Shown here: positions 19,010 through 27,075 of the stretch, piece by piece | Layout of the letters: every line of letters begins with the position of its first letter | How positions within the stretch are numbered: the first letter of the stretch is position 1 | Assembly: GCA_030599445.1 (NCBI GenBank) | Contig: JAUVOA010000001.1 | Span: 1 to 27,149 of the forward strand | Length of the DNA stretch: 27,149 nt | Direction of reading: 5' to 3' | DNA from: Atribacterota bacterium | Lineage (GTDB): Bacteria; Atribacterota; Phoenicimicrobiia; Phoenicimicrobiales; Phoenicimicrobiaceae | Position numbers and translations under genes: made by a program | The notes under the pieces: model-generated | Seen by the model: the letters and a program-made list of their open reading frames with translations, nothing else | The model's database searches: none | What the model was told of the DNA's origin: nothing

Positions 19010-19361
19010 GCGAAGGATTGAAGGGTATATTTTTTAAAAAGAGAATCAGCATTTGGTGAAAGCTGATAAGACACCTTTAAACTCACCTTCAAGTTTTGTA
19101 AGCGAGAAATTAAATTAATAATATTGATTTAAACATAGTTTACAACGTTAACAAGCGTTAATTGTTTAATAAGAGTAGATAATGTGGGGCTGTAGCGCAG
19201 TCGGGAGCGCGCCTCCTTGGCGTGGAGGAGGTCGCGGGTTCGATTCCCGCCAGCTCCACCAAATTATAATATATTAAATCTACTGAAAAAGGGTGGTACC
19301 ACGAGAAAGATCTCGTCCCTGGTAATAGTTTGATCAATTACTTGAGACGGGATTTTTATTT
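19010..19361 (+). ncRNA. Leucine T-box riboswitch (specifier CUC) upstream of leuS
   Basis: Stem I ttgaagg (19018-19024)/ccttcaa (19086-19092), AGAGA box, GGUG loop, CUC-A at 19082-19085; CGUUA stem IIA/B region; T-box AAGGGUGGUACCACG (19289-19303); terminator hairpin about 19310-19352 followed by a T-tract. Confidence 0.92.
19186..19261 (+). tRNA. tRNA-Ala(GGC), embedded in the leuS T-box
   Basis: 76-nt cloverleaf, acceptor GGGGCUG/CAGCUCC with G3:U70, anticodon GGC at 19219-19221, UUCGAUU T-loop, encoded CCA. Confidence 0.97.
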
Positions 19362-19381
19362 TTAAGGAGGAATATCTAAAA

Positions 19382-21883
19382 ATGGAAGATAGATATAATT
19401 TTACCGAAGTTGAAAAAAAATGGCAGGAGTATTGGAATAAAAATAATTATTTTAAATCTTATGTCGATTCTAAAAAACCGAAATATTATGTTTTAGAAAT
19501 GTTTCCCTATCCTTCGGGAGAGCCTCATATGGGACACGTGAAAAACTATGTTATCGGCGATGTAGTGGCCAGATATAAGCATTCTCAAGGATATAATATC
19601 CTACACCCCATGGGCTGGGATGCTTTTGGCTTACCTGCGGAGAACGCTGCTATAAAAAAGAAAATTCATCCTTCAATCTGGACAAAAAAAAATATTAAAA
19701 AAATGAAGAATACTCTAACCAATATGGGTATTAGTTACGATTGGGACAGAGAAATAGCCACCTGTAATCCGGATTACTACAAGTGGACTCAGTGGATATT
19801 TTTGCAATTATATAAAAAGGGATTGGCTTACAAGAAAAAAGCGGTAGTTAATTGGTGCAATTCTTGCAATGTAGTATTAGCCAATGAACAAGTAATAGAT
19901 GGAAAATGCTGGAGGTGTGAAACCGAAGTTGTTAAAAAAGAGTTGTCCCAATGGTTTTTTAAGATTACCGAATATGCTCAGAGATTACTCGATGATATAG
20001 AATGTTTAGAAGAATGGCCAGAGAAAGTATTAACTATGCAGAGAAATTGGATAGGCAGGAGCGAGGGAGCAAGGATTGAATTTCCCATAAAGGGGAGCGA
20101 TAAGACTATTCCAGTTTTTACTACCCGACCCGACACTCTCTATGGAGCAACTTATTTTCTATTATCTCCCGAACACCCTTTAGTAGAAGAGATTATAAAA
20201 GATTCTCCTCATAAAGTTGAAGTGCAGAGTTTTAAAGAGGAGATAAGTAAAGAGAGTGCTATAGATAGGGTATCAGGCATTTCAGAAAAAAAGGGATGTT
20301 TCACCGGTAAATATGTAATAAATCCCCTAAATGATGAAGAGATTCCTATTTGGATAGCAAATTATATATTAATGGACTATGGAACAGGTGCGGTAATGGC
20401 AGTTCCGGCTCATGACCAAAGGGATTTTGAATTTGCCAAAAAATATAATTTACCTATAAGAATAGTTATTCAACCAAAAGACAAGAAAGTTACCTCTGAT
20501 ACAATCGAGGCCGCTTTTGATGAAGAAGGCATTATGGTTAATTCCGGTCAATTTAATGGTTTGTCGAGTAGTAAGTCATTAGATGTTATAATTGATTATC
20601 TGATTAAAAAGGGGTCTGGGAAGAGAGAGGTTAATTACAGATTAAGAGATTGGCTTATTTCGCGTCAGCGTTATTGGGGCGCACCTATTCCCATGATTTA
20701 CTGTGCCGATTGTGGTATGGTTCCCGTACCTGAAAATGATTTGCCCGTTTTGCTTCCTGAAAATGTTGATTTCAGACTCAAGGGCATGTCTCCACTAGCA
20801 AACAGCAAAGAATTTGTCAATACAATTTGTCCAAAGTGCGGCAAGGGAGCCAAAAGAGAAACAGATACTATGGATACTTTTGTCTGCTCTTCCTGGTACT
20901 ACCTTAGATTTTGTTCTCCTAAAAGCAATACAGTACCATTTGATGTTGAAGAATTAAAATATTGGATGCCGGTAGATCAATATATCGGTGGGGTAGAACA
21001 TGCCATATTGCATTTATTATATTCTCGGTTTTTTACCAAAGCTTTATATGATATGAAATATGTTAATTTTAAGGAACCTTTTAAAAGGCTTTTTACTCAG
21101 GGAATGGTTTGCAAAGATGGGGCAGCTATGTCTAAATCCAAAGGCAATGCAGTTAATCCGAGAGAAATATTTTCTAAATTTGGCATTGATGCTACCAGAG
21201 TAATGATGCTGTTTGCCGGTCCTCCGGAAGCAGATATGGAATGGACTGATAAAGGGATGGAAGGGGCATCTCGATTCTTGAATCGAGTTTGGCGGTTAAT
21301 ATACAATAATATCGATTGCTTTAAAAAAGCAGGAAATAAAGAAGAAGTTTCCCCGGAAGATATAAGTGTTGAAGCTAAAAAAATAAAACAGCAGACCCAT
21401 CAAACCATTAAAAAAGTGACTGAAGATACCGAGGAAAGATTTCATTTTAATACTGCAATTAGTGCCATAATGGAGTTAGTTAATGAAGTATATAAGTTTC
21501 AGTTAGAAGCAGAAGAAAAACAGGGCAAAGAAGGAGATGTTTTTGTTTTAAAAGAGGCTTTAGAAATGATAGTCAGGCTTTTAGGTCCCATCGCTCCTCA
21601 TTTTTCAGAAGAGCTATGGCAAGAGATGGGTAACAAAGAAATTATCTACATACAGCCATGGCCCAAGTATGATGAGAAGATGTTAGAGGAAGAGGAGAAG
21701 CTCATTGTAGTCCAGGTAAACGGAAAGCTAAGAGGGAAATTGATTGTTCCTGCATCTTACGATGATGAGAAAATAAAAGAGGAAGCACTTTTTTTGCCCA
21801 AAATACAAGAAAAAATTGAAGGCAAAAAAATTATAAAAGTTATTGTTGTTTCTGGGAAACTGGTAAACATTGTGATAAAATAA
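19382..21883 (+). CDS. leuS: Leucine--tRNA ligase
   Basis: MFPYPSG.PHMGH, CP1 editing motifs TTRPDT and [44 protein letters not shown]. Confidence 0.98.
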   Translation: MEDRYNFTEVEKKWQEYWNKNNYFKSYVDSKKPKYYVLEMFPYPSGEPHMGHVKNYVIGDVVARYKHSQGYNILHPMGWDAFGLPAENAAIKKKIHPSIWTKKNIKKMKNTLTNMGISYDWDREIATCNPDYYKWTQWIFLQLYKKGLAYKKKAVVNWCNSCNVVLANEQVIDGKCWRCETEVVKKELSQWFFKITEYAQRLLDDIECLEEWPEKVLTMQRNWIGRSEGARIEFPIKGSDKTIPVFTTRPDTLYGATYFLLSPEHPLVEEIIKDSPHKVEVQSFKEEISKESAIDRVSGISEKKGCFTGKYVINPLNDEEIPIWIANYILMDYGTGAVMAVPAHDQRDFEFAKKYNLPIRIVIQPKDKKVTSDTIEAAFDEEGIMVNSGQFNGLSSSKSLDVIIDYLIKKGSGKREVNYRLRDWLISRQRYWGAPIPMIYCADCGMVPVPENDLPVLLPENVDFRLKGMSPLANSKEFVNTICPKCGKGAKRETDTMDTFVCSSWYYLRFCSPKSNTVPFDVEELKYWMPVDQYIGGVEHAILHLLYSRFFTKALYDMKYVNFKEPFKRLFTQGMVCKDGAAMSKSKGNAVNPREIFSKFGIDATRVMMLFAGPPEADMEWTDKGMEGASRFLNRVWRLIYNNIDCFKKAGNKEEVSPEDISVEAKKIKQQTHQTIKKVTEDTEERFHFNTAISAIMELVNEVYKFQLEAEEKQGKEGDVFVLKEALEMIVRLLGPIAPHFSEELWQEMGNKEIIYIQPWPKYDEKMLEEEEKLIVVQVNGKLRGKLIVPASYDDEKIKEEALFLPKIQEKIEGKKIIKVIVVSGKLVNIVIK

Positions 21884-21885
21884 CA

Positions 21886-22170
21886 TACAGCGTATAGCGT
21901 TTAGCGTATTCAGTATTTAGTATATAGTGAAAGATAAAAGTTACAGGAATTAGTAACCAGAAGCAGAGAATAAGTAGGGGCGTATTGCAATACGCTTTTC
22001 CAGGGGTAGGGGTTCGATTCATCGGACCCGTTAGGAAAATTGACAAAACAACCTGGGTCGGATAAATCCGATCCCATCAAATTTAGAACTCACAATGATA
22101 GAAAATATAATTAACTGATAAATTGATTTCAAATTAATTAACTAGCTAACTAAATTGACTGGTAGACTGA
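21886..22170. repeat. Composite intergenic repeat: heptamer tract, GTAG REP-like palindromes, octamer tract
   Basis: gtaggggcgtattgcaatacgc (21974-21995), gtaggggttcgattcatcggacccg (22006-22030), gggtcggataaatccgatccc (22055-22075). Confidence 0.8.
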
Positions 22171-22217
22171 AAGATTTTATAAATATTATTTTAAAATAAA
22201 AAGGAGGAAATTTTTTT

Positions 22218-22667
22218 ATGGCTACTTTTGGCGACTTAAACAGTTTTATTGGTATTGGCAGATTAACCAGAGACCCGGAATTAAGATACACACCTGGCGG
22301 AACGGGGGTATGTAAATTTGGCATTGCCATAAACAGAACGTATAGAAATCAGGAAGGAAATAATATAGAGGAAGTTCTCTTTATTAATGTAGTAACCTGG
22401 GGAAAACAAGCAGAAAATGTTTCACAGTTTTTAAAAAAAGGCAGAAGGGTAGCTATAAGTGGTGAATTAAGGTCTAATAATTGGCAGGATAAAGAAGGAA
22501 ACAAGAGAACTTCTTTCGAAATTAACGCCAGAACTGTACAATTTTTAGATTTAGTGAAAGATACAGGTATTACCAAAGAAGGCCCTCCCACAGAGGGAGA
22601 AGAGAATGTTTCTGATGAACCAACAAATGAAGATACCTCAATATCAGAAGACGATATTCCGTTTTAA
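22218..22667 (+). CDS. ssb: Single-stranded DNA-binding protein
   Basis: IGRLTRDPELRYTPGG, VVTWGKQAE, GELRSNNW, acidic tail DDIPF. Confidence 0.97.
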   Translation: MATFGDLNSFIGIGRLTRDPELRYTPGGTGVCKFGIAINRTYRNQEGNNIEEVLFINVVTWGKQAENVSQFLKKGRRVAISGELRSNNWQDKEGNKRTSFEINARTVQFLDLVKDTGITKEGPPTEGEENVSDEPTNEDTSISEDDIPF

Positions 22668-22672
22668 ATAAA

Positions 22673-22836
22673 ATAGTATATAGTATATAGTGAAGAAGAA
22701 AAAATACAGAAGCCAGGAGTCTGAATAAGTAGGGGCGTATTGCATACGCCCTTTTAGCTAAGTTGGCCAGCAGACCGGTGGACTGGTAGACTGGAAGACT
22801 AATTAAATAAAAACTAAATGCTAATGACTAATCTAA
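22673..22836. repeat. Second copy of the composite intergenic repeat
   Basis: tagtata x2-tagtgaag...ataagtaggggcgtattgcatacgccc (REP-like part 22729-22751), then agaccggt-ggactggt-agactgga-agactaat (22772-22803). Confidence 0.8.
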
Positions 22837-22843
22837 TTGGTGA

Positions 22844-22883
22844 ATTCAACATAATCGATAAGTCGATTATGTTGAATATTTTT
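22844..22883 (+). terminator. Perfect 15-bp hairpin, probable terminator after ssb
   Basis: attcaacataatcga (22844-22858)-taag-tcgattatgttgaat (22863-22877), followed by attttt. Confidence 0.55.
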
Positions 22884-22916
22884 GCAAAATTTCTAAATAT
22901 TATGCTAATATTATTA

Positions 22917-22945
22917 TAGACAAAGAAAAAGAGAGATGTTATAAT
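22917..22945 (+). promoter_or_regulatory. Extended -10 sigma70 promoter of the tRNA cluster
   Basis: TAGACA-N17-TATAAT with TG at 22937-22938. Confidence 0.75.
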
Positions 22946-22975
22946 ATCACTTGCATAGTAAAAAAAGAGATAAAT

Positions 22976-23051
22976 GGGCGGATAGCTCAGTTGGGAGAGC
23001 ACTGGTTTTACAAGCCAGGGGTCACAGGTTCAAGCCCTGTTCCGCCTACCA
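22976..23051 (+). tRNA. tRNA-Val(TAC)
   Basis: Cloverleaf, anticodon loop UUUACAA, encoded CCA. Confidence 0.96.
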
Positions 23052-23071
23052 TTTTTTAATAAAATTATAGT

Positions 23072-23150
23072 GGGGCCGTAGTGCAGCTTGGTTTAACACG
23101 CCTGCCTGTCACGCAGGAGATCGCGAGTTCAAATCTCGTCGGCCCCGCCA
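23072..23150 (+). tRNA. tRNA-Asp(GTC)
   Basis: Anticodon arm CCUGC-CUGUCAC-GCAGG, encoded CCA. Confidence 0.96.
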
Positions 23151-23188
23151 TTTTTTTAATAATATAATTATGTAGGGCGATTATAAAT

Positions 23189-23264
23189 GCCGAGATAGCT
23201 CAGTCGGTAGAGCAGTGGACTGAAAATCCACGTGTCCCCAGTTCAATTCTGGGTCTCGGCACCA
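23189..23264 (+). tRNA. tRNA-Phe(GAA)
   Basis: Anticodon arm GUGGA-CUGAAAA-UCCAC, encoded CCA. Confidence 0.96.
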
Positions 23265-23272
23265 GGTTTTTT

Positions 23273-23347
23273 GCGGAAATAGCTCAGTGGTAGAGCATTG
23301 CCTTGCCAAGGCGAGGGTCGCGGGTTCGAATCCCGTTTTCCGCTCCA
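23273..23347 (+). tRNA. tRNA-Gly(GCC)
   Basis: Anticodon loop UUGCCAA, U73, encoded CCA. Confidence 0.96.
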
Positions 23348-23367
23348 TCTTTATAAAAGTTAAACGT

Positions 23368-23441
23368 GGCGGCATCGCCAAGTGGTAAGGCAGAGGACTG
23401 CAAATCCTTCATCCTCGGTTCGAATCCGAGTGCCGCCTCCA
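23368..23441 (+). tRNA. tRNA-Cys(GCA)
   Basis: Anticodon loop CUGCAAA, U73, encoded CCA. Confidence 0.96.
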
Positions 23442-23483
23442 TTTAATTATTAATTTGTGTAACGATAGAAGCCTAAAGGAGAC

Positions 23484-23558
23484 GGGCGGTTAATTCAGTG
23501 GTAGAATGCTTGCTCGACGCGCAAGAAGTCACTGGTTCGAATCCAGTACCGCCCACCA
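23484..23558 (+). tRNA. tRNA-Val(GAC) with atypical anticodon loop
   Basis: CUUGC-UCGACGC-GCAAG anticodon arm, acceptor GGGCGGU/ACCGCCC, encoded CCA. Confidence 0.92.
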
Positions 23559-23584
23559 TTTTAAAATCTAAAAACAAAATAAGA

Positions 23585-23865
23585 TTAAGTAGAAAATAGT
23601 AGGTTAAGCTTTTTTAAAGAGAGTAGATATTAATAAAGGTGTAAGTGTCTGCATAAAAGTGTAATCGAATACCCTTTCTACATTAAATCCCTAATTTGAA
23701 ATTTCAAAAAGATGAGTAGGATTAGGCGGGTAATATCCGATGAAATATTTTTAAGCGGGTTTAAGTTAATCTTTAATATATTAACTTTAACTAAAAAAGG
23801 TGGAACCGCGAGATTATTAAATTAAACTTCTCGTCCTTTTCTGATTTAGGACAAGAGGTTTTTTT
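23585..23865 (+). ncRNA. Threonine T-box riboswitch (specifier ACC) upstream of thrS
   Basis: Stem I gtagaaa/tttctac, AGAGA box, GGUG loop, ACC at 23671-23673; T-box AAGGUGGAACCGCG (23797-23810); terminator cttctcgtcct/aggacaagagg followed by a T-tract. Confidence 0.9.
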
Positions 23866-23890
23866 GTTTAATTATATGGAGGTAAATATT

Positions 23891-25801
23891 ATGTCAGAAA
23901 TTAAAATTATTTTATTAGATGGTTCGGAAATAAAATTGAATAAAGGCGCTACTTTATATGATGCTGCTGTCAAAATAAGTCAAAAATTGGGTAAAGAGGC
24001 AATTGCCGGAATAGTAAATGGAGTAGAGAAGGATTTAAATTACGTCCTTAAGGATAATGACCGGGTTGAGATTATAACTTTTGCTTCACCTGAGGGCAGG
24101 CAAATTTATCATCATAGCAGTTCCCATATTATGGCTCAGGCGGTAAAAGAATTATTCCCCCAGGCAAAATTAGCCATTGGGCCAGCCATTAAGGATGGCT
24201 TCTATTATGATTTTGATTTAGACCGTTCCTTTACTCCAGAAGATATAGTACTTATTGAGAAAAAGATGAAAGAGATAGTGGGTAGAAATCTTCCCCTAAA
24301 AAGGATAGAAGTAAGCAAGAAAGAAGCTCATGAATTATTTAAAAAGCAAAAAGAAGATTATAAAATAGAACTTCTTAAAGACATAGAAGATGGTATAGTT
24401 ACCTTGTATCAGCAGGGTGATTTCATTGATCTGTGCAGAGGACCTCACCTTTCTTCTACCGGGAAGTTAAAAGCTTTTAAACTTTTAAGCATTGCCGGTG
24501 CATACTGGAGGGGAAATGAAAAAAATAAGATGCTGCAGCGTATTTATGGAACCTCGTTCGATAAAAAATCTGAACTAGATAATTATTTGAAATTAATTGA
24601 AGAAGCAAAAAAGAGAGACCATCGAAAATTAGGAAAGGATTTAGAATTATTTAGCTTTCATGATGAAGGAGTCGGTTTTCCCTTCTTTCATCCGAAAGGA
24701 ATGGTGTTAAGAAATATCCTGGAGGATTACTGGAAAGAGGAACATTATAAGAGTGGTTATACGGAAGTTAAAACTCCAATTATCTTAAATAAATCATTAT
24801 GGATGAAATCCGGGCACTGGGATCATTATAAGGAAAATATGTATTTTACCAAGATAGATGAGGAAGATTATGCTATTAAACCGATGAATTGTCCAGGAGG
24901 TATTTTAATTTACAGGACCACCCTTCACAGTTATAGAGATTTACCACTTAGAATGGGAGAATTAGGCTTAGTACACAGACATGAATTATCCGGAGTGCTT
25001 CACGGACTCTTCAGGGTAAGGTGTTTTACCCAGGATGATGCTCATATATATATGACTCCGGAGCAAATTAAAGATGAGATAAAAGGAGTAATCGATTTAA
25101 CTGATAAAATATATAAGACTTTTGGTTTTTCCTATCGTGTGGAATTAAGCACTAAACCGGAAAATGCCATGGGTTCTGATGAAATATGGGAAAGGGCTAC
25201 CAACAGTCTGGAAGAAGCTTTAAAAGATAAAAAGATAGATTATATTGTAAATGAAGGCGATGGGGCATTTTACGGTCCTAAAATAGATTTTCATTTACAG
25301 GATTGCATAGGCAGAAGCTGGCAGTGCGGTACCATCCAGTTAGATTTTATTATGCCGGAAAAATTTGATCTTTACTATATTAATAAAGAAGGCAACAAGG
25401 AAAGGCCGGTTATGTTGCACCGAACTGTTTTGGGAAGCATAGAGAGATTTATCGGGATACTTATCGAAAATTATGCCGGAGTATTTCCTTTGTGGTTAGC
25501 CCCTGTTCAAGTAAGATTGCTGCCTATTGCTGACAGGCATATTGAATATGGTACAAATATAGTGAATGAGTTAAGTAAATATAATATAAGGGCAGAATTA
25601 GACGAGATTAATGATAAAATTGGGGCTAAGATAAGAAAAGCTGAGATGGAAAAGATCCCCTATATGTTGATATTTGGGGATAAAGAAGTAGAAGAGGGTC
25701 TCGCTTCAGTAAGAAAGAGAGGAAAAGGAGACTTGGGGAAGATAAAATTAACCAAATTTATCGAAGATATTTTAAAAGAGATCGAAGAAAAAGCTTTATA
25801 G
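23891..25801 (+). CDS. thrS: Threonine--tRNA ligase
   Basis: TGS domain, HSSSH, DLCRGPH, RDHRKLG, KPMNCPG, GAFYGPKID. ATG 23891 follows SD GGAGGT; the ORF track's TTG 23864 lies in the terminator T-tract. Confidence 0.98.
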   Translation: MSEIKIILLDGSEIKLNKGATLYDAAVKISQKLGKEAIAGIVNGVEKDLNYVLKDNDRVEIITFASPEGRQIYHHSSSHIMAQAVKELFPQAKLAIGPAIKDGFYYDFDLDRSFTPEDIVLIEKKMKEIVGRNLPLKRIEVSKKEAHELFKKQKEDYKIELLKDIEDGIVTLYQQGDFIDLCRGPHLSSTGKLKAFKLLSIAGAYWRGNEKNKMLQRIYGTSFDKKSELDNYLKLIEEAKKRDHRKLGKDLELFSFHDEGVGFPFFHPKGMVLRNILEDYWKEEHYKSGYTEVKTPIILNKSLWMKSGHWDHYKENMYFTKIDEEDYAIKPMNCPGGILIYRTTLHSYRDLPLRMGELGLVHRHELSGVLHGLFRVRCFTQDDAHIYMTPEQIKDEIKGVIDLTDKIYKTFGFSYRVELSTKPENAMGSDEIWERATNSLEEALKDKKIDYIVNEGDGAFYGPKIDFHLQDCIGRSWQCGTIQLDFIMPEKFDLYYINKEGNKERPVMLHRTVLGSIERFIGILIENYAGVFPLWLAPVQVRLLPIADRHIEYGTNIVNELSKYNIRAELDEINDKIGAKIRKAEMEKIPYMLIFGDKEVEEGLASVRKRGKGDLGKIKLTKFIEDILKEIEEKAL

Positions 25802-25971
25802 CATGCGAAAATTCTTATATATCCATAAATTCTGATTATTTATAAAGGTTTATATTAGTGTAAACTTTAGTGGGGTATTTTAATAAGGAAAATAATAGTT
25901 TTTTAACTATTGTTTTTATTTTTTTTCTTTACGGGATATGCGATACTATATACTCAATACTGATTAATATA

Positions 25972-26000
25972 TTGACTATAAATAAAGAATATGTTATAGT
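25972..26000 (+). promoter_or_regulatory. Extended -10 sigma70 promoter of infC-rpmI-rplT
   Basis: TTGACT-N17-TATAGT with TG at 25992-25993. Confidence 0.7.
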
Positions 26001-26173
26001 TTTTTAAAAATAATGAAGGTTCGTATATATTTTAAGGAAATTTAAGAGCTATATTTTTTTATCTATTAAAATCAGTAAAATTATATTTTAAAGTTGAGCT
26101 AAAAAACTAATTTAAAATGTATAAAAATTGATGTATTGCTCATCTTTAAGCGGCGCAAAGGAGGAAAATAGGA

Positions 26174-26686
26174 ATTAAGTCAACACCAAAATTAAGAATA
26201 AATGAAAAAATCAGAGCAGAGAAGATCAGACTTATAGATTTTGAAGGTAAGCAGGTAGGGATAGTAAGTAAAAAGGAGGGTCTTGAACTTTCAGAAAAGA
26301 GCAATCTTGACTTAGTTGAAGTTGCACCAGATGCTAATCCTCCGGTTTGCAGAATTATTGATTACGGAAAATATAAATACTTACTGGATAAAAAAAATAG
26401 AAGTGGGAAGAAGAAGCAGAAAAGCGGCGGAATGAAAGAAATAAAGATGCGCCCTAATATTGGAGAACATGATTACAATTTTAAAGTTAAAAATCTATGT
26501 AAATTTTTAGAAGAAGGTAATCAGGTAAAAATTACTATAATGTTTAGAGGGCGAGAAATGAGATATTTAGATCTAGGAAGAGAATTATTGGACCGCATAA
26601 CTAAACATACCGAAGAAATTGCCAAGGTTGTAAAGGAGCCAAAGTTAGAAGGACGGAATATGATTTTAGTTTTAATGCCTAAATAA
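26174..26686 (+). CDS. infC: Translation initiation factor IF-3 with non-canonical AUU start
   Basis: The frame upstream of the track ORF (26432) reads LRINEKIRAEKIRLID..LDLVEVAPDANPPVCRIIDYGKYKY with no ATG/GTG/TTG; SD AAGGAGG (26158-26164) lies 9 nt before ATT 26174. Confidence 0.93.
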   Translation: MKSTPKLRINEKIRAEKIRLIDFEGKQVGIVSKKEGLELSEKSNLDLVEVAPDANPPVCRIIDYGKYKYLLDKKNRSGKKKQKSGGMKEIKMRPNIGEHDYNFKVKNLCKFLEEGNQVKITIMFRGREMRYLDLGRELLDRITKHTEEIAKVVKEPKLEGRNMILVLMPK

Positions 26687-26719
26687 TAAAAACATTACTA
26701 GAAAAGAGGTTAAACACAT

Positions 26720-26917
26720 ATGCCCAAAATGAAGACGCATAAGAGTTCGGCAAAAAGATTTAAGGTAAGCAGTTCAGGTATAATAATAAGGTCAAAGGCT
26801 TATAAAAGTCATATTTTGACTAAAAAAACTGCAAAGCGCAAGAGAAATCTAAGGAAAGGTACTACGGTTAGTAGTGCTGAGGTAAAAAAGGTTAAAGTAT
26901 TGTTACCGTATTCTTAA
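26720..26917 (+). CDS. rpmI: 50S ribosomal protein L35
   Basis: [29 protein letters not shown]. Confidence 0.97.
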   Translation: MPKMKTHKSSAKRFKVSSSGIIIRSKAYKSHILTKKTAKRKRNLRKGTTVSSAEVKKVKVLLPYS

Positions 26918-26947
26918 TATTTTTAAAAATATTAAAACGTTATTTTT

Positions 26948-27075
26948 GCTATTCCGCACTTAATGCGGAATTCATAAGTAGGAGCACGATGCATAGTGCC
27001 CAAAAAAACCAGAAGATAGAAGAAGAATAGATTCCCGCTGCGGTTTACACTCACGAAAGTGGGTGCGGGATGACA
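26948..27075. repeat. Nested palindromic repeat between rpmI and rplT
   Basis: attccgcacttaatgcggaat (26951-26971), gtaggagcacgatgcatagtgccc (26978-27001), agattcccgc..gcgggatgaca (27029-27075). Confidence 0.7.

Noticed and set aside
19186-19300. tRNA-Ala as the att site of an integrated element
   Set aside because: No integrase, no duplicated tRNA 3' end seen elsewhere in the window, and the flanks are continuous T-box structure.
694-21306. Short antisense or nested ORFs in the track (e.g. 694-885, 1283-1486, 5642-5830, 8903-9088, 9155-9466, 9648-9845, 13967-14699, 16533-17345, 21097-21306)
   Set aside because: They lie inside or against well-supported genes, have no RBS and show no recognisable motifs.
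21840-23381. Minus-strand ORFs 21840-22046, 22142-22330, 22349-22591, 22814-23002, 23181-23381 and 26932-27135
   Set aside because: They overlap repeats, ssb or tRNA genes and show no coding signal.
26001-26157. L20 leader RNA upstream of infC
   Set aside because: A closing helix is visible, but I could not match the family consensus by eye; it needs a covariance-model scan.
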